64,000 nt of DNA, from the NCBI GenBank assembly GCA_051294375.1, contig CM119270.1, positions 21,349,391-21,413,390 of the forward strand, written 5' to 3'. This document shows, one piece after another, positions 60,506-64,000 of the stretch. The stretch comes from Paraspadella gotoi. Lineage: Eukaryota > Animalia > Chaetognatha. Below the pieces are notes generated by a model, which was not told the DNA's origin, made no database searches, and saw only the letters and a program-made list of their open reading frames with translations. Positions within the stretch are counted from its first letter, which is position 1. Every line of letters begins with the position of its first letter. The position numbers and the translations under genes were made by a program.

Positions 60506-61354
60506 AGGTTGTAAAAGAGAGGAAGAGAGAGAAAGAGATGAGAAATAATGAGAGAGAGACAGAGGGAGTTAAAAAATGAACAACTCGTTACAGAGGTCGC
60601 TAGATATTAAAAAAATTCTTGTTTGACCTTTTGTTTAACAAATCAAAAATAACTTTATAGAAAATATTTTGTGCCTTATTGTAGCGCGAATTAAACCTAA
60701 AAATTATCAACGGACTTATCATGAATCATTCTGACACTTTTATTCAATGATTTCAAGGCAAAATGTAAAAAATGTAAAAAATGTAACAAAAAAGACCAGG
60801 ATTTGTAAATTTGTAATCAGTAATGCCTGTAATGTAGTAACTCAAAAATAAGCTGCTGTTTGTTATTTCAACCAAACCCAGAAAAAACTATGTTTACATC
60901 CATTCAAGTGGATAAATTCTCAACGAAATATCATCCAGCTGTAAGCTTGGGTGGAGTATCTTCTTGAAAAATAAGGAAAAAACGTTACGACGACGACGAC
61001 GAAAATGATGACGATGATGAGGAGACGAGCAGGAAGAGGAAAGGTGAGGGAGAAGGATGAGGAGGAGGAGGAGGAGGAGGAAGAGGAGAAGAACTCGAGG
61101 CTCAGAAACGAAAAATCGCTGCTAAGTTTCAAAACCACCTTTTTTTTTCTGGGAGGAAAAAAAAAGGAAAAAAACAGGGCGATTAAAAAAGGAAAAGAAA
61201 TGTAAAAAAAAGGAAAATTAAAGTGAAAAAAAGNNNNNNNNNNNNNNNNNNNNNNNNNAGTCTTCCTTTATTGAAGAAACAACTCCTTTTCCAACGGACG
61301 CCTTTTTTTACGTTTTTTCTACTTCTTCTCTCTTCTTCATCTTTCTCTCTCTCT

Positions 61355-61403
<49 letters not shown>

Positions 61404-61673
61404 TCCGGCAAATTATTTTTTTCAAGCCGCCGGATTTTTCCGGTTTTTTCGCGGTTGAAGTCGATAAATCAAAATTCGATCGATTTTTTTTTTTCTAGAG
61501 AAAAAAATTGTTTGCTGTCGATTCAGTTTTTCGTGTAAGAGAGAGAGAGAGAGAGAAGAGAGAGAGAGAAGAGAGAAGAGAGAGAGAGAGAGAGAGATAC
61601 TCGTGTGTGCTAAATTCTACGTACGAAAAACAACTGATCTTCTTCGTCTTTTCTCGTTATCTACTACTGAAAA

Positions 61674-61727
<54 letters not shown>

Positions 61728-62986
61728 AGCCTTCTCATTTCCTCGTTGATTACTCATTCAGGTTAAAATCCAGGGTGTGTGTGTGTGTGTATTTCGTATA
61801 ATTCAGTTATCGTCGTCGTCGTCGTCGTCGTCGTCATAACTGTCATCGTTGTCAAAAGATTTTTCTCTCCAGCGGTAGAACGTTATTTTCTTTTATCTGC
61901 GACATTCGCCATTTTTTATTGTTTCTTTTGATTTTTAAATTATTTTACAACAAAAATTAAAATAAAACAAAAACGAAAACAAGTTTTAAAAAATTACAGA
62001 TTCTGCGTGAAATACTTCATTATCATGTATTAATTTTTAATTTATTAATAATATACATATTCTATCCACTCAGTTGACCTCGTCAACCAGATAAGCTGAG
62101 GAACAATCTCCTAGTACTCACGGGGCAAACTGAGTGTGGGTATATCCTTACCGTCTGAGGGTCAGGGTGACCCCCTCTCCATTCGTTCCAACTTCATAAA
62201 ATAAAATACCGGAAATAATATTAAAAAAATAAATTAATAAATAGCTATGATAAAGCCTCGTCAACGTTTATGAAATTTTTTTTTCCTTTCAACGATTCGT
62301 TTCGTTTTCAATCAGCAGCAGGCAGCAGCAGCATCAGGAATCTAAACATTCCGTTTTCCCTATTCGCCCAATTTTATCACATTTTTAGATTTGTTGTTTG
62401 GGTTTTTTTTTTGTTTTTTTTATCGAAATTTTTTATTTGTTTTCGCCGATTTTTATTGCGACAGCGAAAGTTGATTCGTGAATCCGCGACTCAAAATCCG
62501 TCAAAATTATTCCTCACATATTTTTTTTTCGATTCCTCGACACGAACCGTCATATTCGATTCAATTTTCTATCTTATAAAATTGACCTGTAAGGTGTTAT
62601 ATCATAGTTAAGAATAATGTATATAATAACAAGACCAAGACAAAACAAGGTATCTGTGTCAATTTTATAATTGTTCGTAAAAATTCTATCTGTTGATCAC
62701 TTAATTAGTTTAACTTATCTCTTTTAATGTAAATTTAAACTAAACAGTCAAATCTTTAAAGCCAGATGGACACATTAGAAGTTGAAAGATTTACAGTGAT
62801 TGTTTTTTTTTCACTGTTTTCCTTTCAACAGTTCAACAGTTCTACTATATCAGTGTTAACCGACTTTCACCGATTTTCGGAAGCACAATCTTTTAAAAAT
62901 TCTCTGCAGCTGTGAAACTGTTAAAACAGTAAAACTACCGCGAAACCCGTTTTAACCATAAATATTTTTGACGCGCGCATTCTGTT

Positions 62987-62996
62987 GAGAGAGAGA

Positions 62997-63056
<60 letters not shown>

Positions 63057-63163
63057 AGAATGAGAAGAGAGAGAGAGAAAGAAAGAGAGAGAAGAAGAGA
63101 GAAGAGAGAGAGAGAGAGAAGAGGAGAAGAGAGAGAGAGAAGAAGAGAGAGAGGAGAGAGAGA

Positions 63164-63195
<32 letters not shown>
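62987..63195. repeat. (GA)n-rich microsatellite (one of many in the window)
   Basis: Similar tracts at about 2980-3080, 5075-5178, 7625-7712, 14848-14965, 19150-19580, 19870-20200, 24740-24800, 50100-50165 and 61340-61730. Confidence 0.9.
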
Positions 63196-64000
63196 AGATA
63201 TTCTGGTCAAAGGTTCGTCTCTCTTTCGTTTTCATTAACGATCTGTGAAAGGCTGAAGTGAAGACTTGAAACGAGATCCTCATTCGTTCGAATCTTGTGA
63301 ATCTCACTGACCCCAAATCAGCGGTCAGTCTATCCGCCAACGATAATAAAAAAATAATCTCGTCATCATAAGGAAAAAGTATAAAAAACAGAAAAAACCA
63401 AAACAAATTTGAAAAAAAACAAAACAAAACAAAACAAAACCAAGAAACTGATGAGTTTGGTCAGTCAAAGGGGAAACAATTTCGATTTGGTCTCTGGTCA
63501 CGTGACCTCGGTTGTGATCACGTTGATCTTCGATGACCGCGGGGTGAGATTCACCGTCGGGATTAGGAAAGGAGGAAAGAGGAGAGGAGGAAGATTATCC
63601 TCCTCCTCTTCTGGGAGGTCGATGAGAGAAGGTCAAGGGTCAAAGTGGATGGGAGTCCTCCGTGGGACAAGATGGGTCAACGATGAAGGGGTCATAGGGT
63701 TTAAGAGTTCGAGCGCGATTCTTTTTCTTTTATTCCTTTTCTTTTTTTTCCTTTTTTTTAATTCCTTTTCTTTTATTCCTTTTTTTTCTTATTGTTTATT
63801 TCCTTTTTTTTTAAAATTATAAATCGTAAATCTAGTTCTTTCGTGACTATTTTTTTTTTTCTTGATATTTGAATAATTATTGATAACTTTTTAATTAATT
63901 TCGGATTATCAAAACTTAGGTACTAGAGGTGTAGAATAATCTTGTCCGATATTGGAATGTCGGTGATCATCGTTGTCGTAGTTGTCGTTATGCGATCATC

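Overview
Eukaryotic, intron-containing animal DNA, probably a bilaterian invertebrate with TTAGGG-type repeats. Introns are AT-rich, exons are GC/CpG-rich, and (GA)n, (GAC/GTC)n and (CAT)n microsatellites are very common. Three spliced genes could be reconstructed by hand. (1) A complete 12-exon rotund/squeeze/lin-29 (ZNF384/ZNF362)-family C2H2 gene on + (5774-14388, about 740 aa). (2) A second, datilografo-like member of the same family on + (about 27780-44200), with two AT-hooks and its N-terminus partly in N gaps. (3) A convergent, very long Additional sex combs (Asx/ASXL) gene on - (59955-48016, about 2800 aa) with HARE-HTH, DEUBAD and a degenerate C-terminal PHD. Also present: a tRNA-His(GUG) gene, a candidate antisense gene nested in an intron of gene 2, SINE/HINE/LINE remnants, and a telomere-repeat-containing satellite in a ~2 kb palindrome. 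Parts of the window are noisy long-read gap fills next to 25-N gaps. The ~8 kb duplication (34255-42511 vs 42537-49880) and probably the palindrome are likely assembly artefacts. No prokaryote-type system such as CRISPR is present, and I cannot demonstrate a new biological system. The best leads are minisatellites that start at and copy splice sites (15 tandem copies of one exon end plus donor), intronic arrays of nuclear-receptor DR5/DR2 motifs, the half-degenerate Asx PHD, the nested gene, and a highly structured ~300-nt element.
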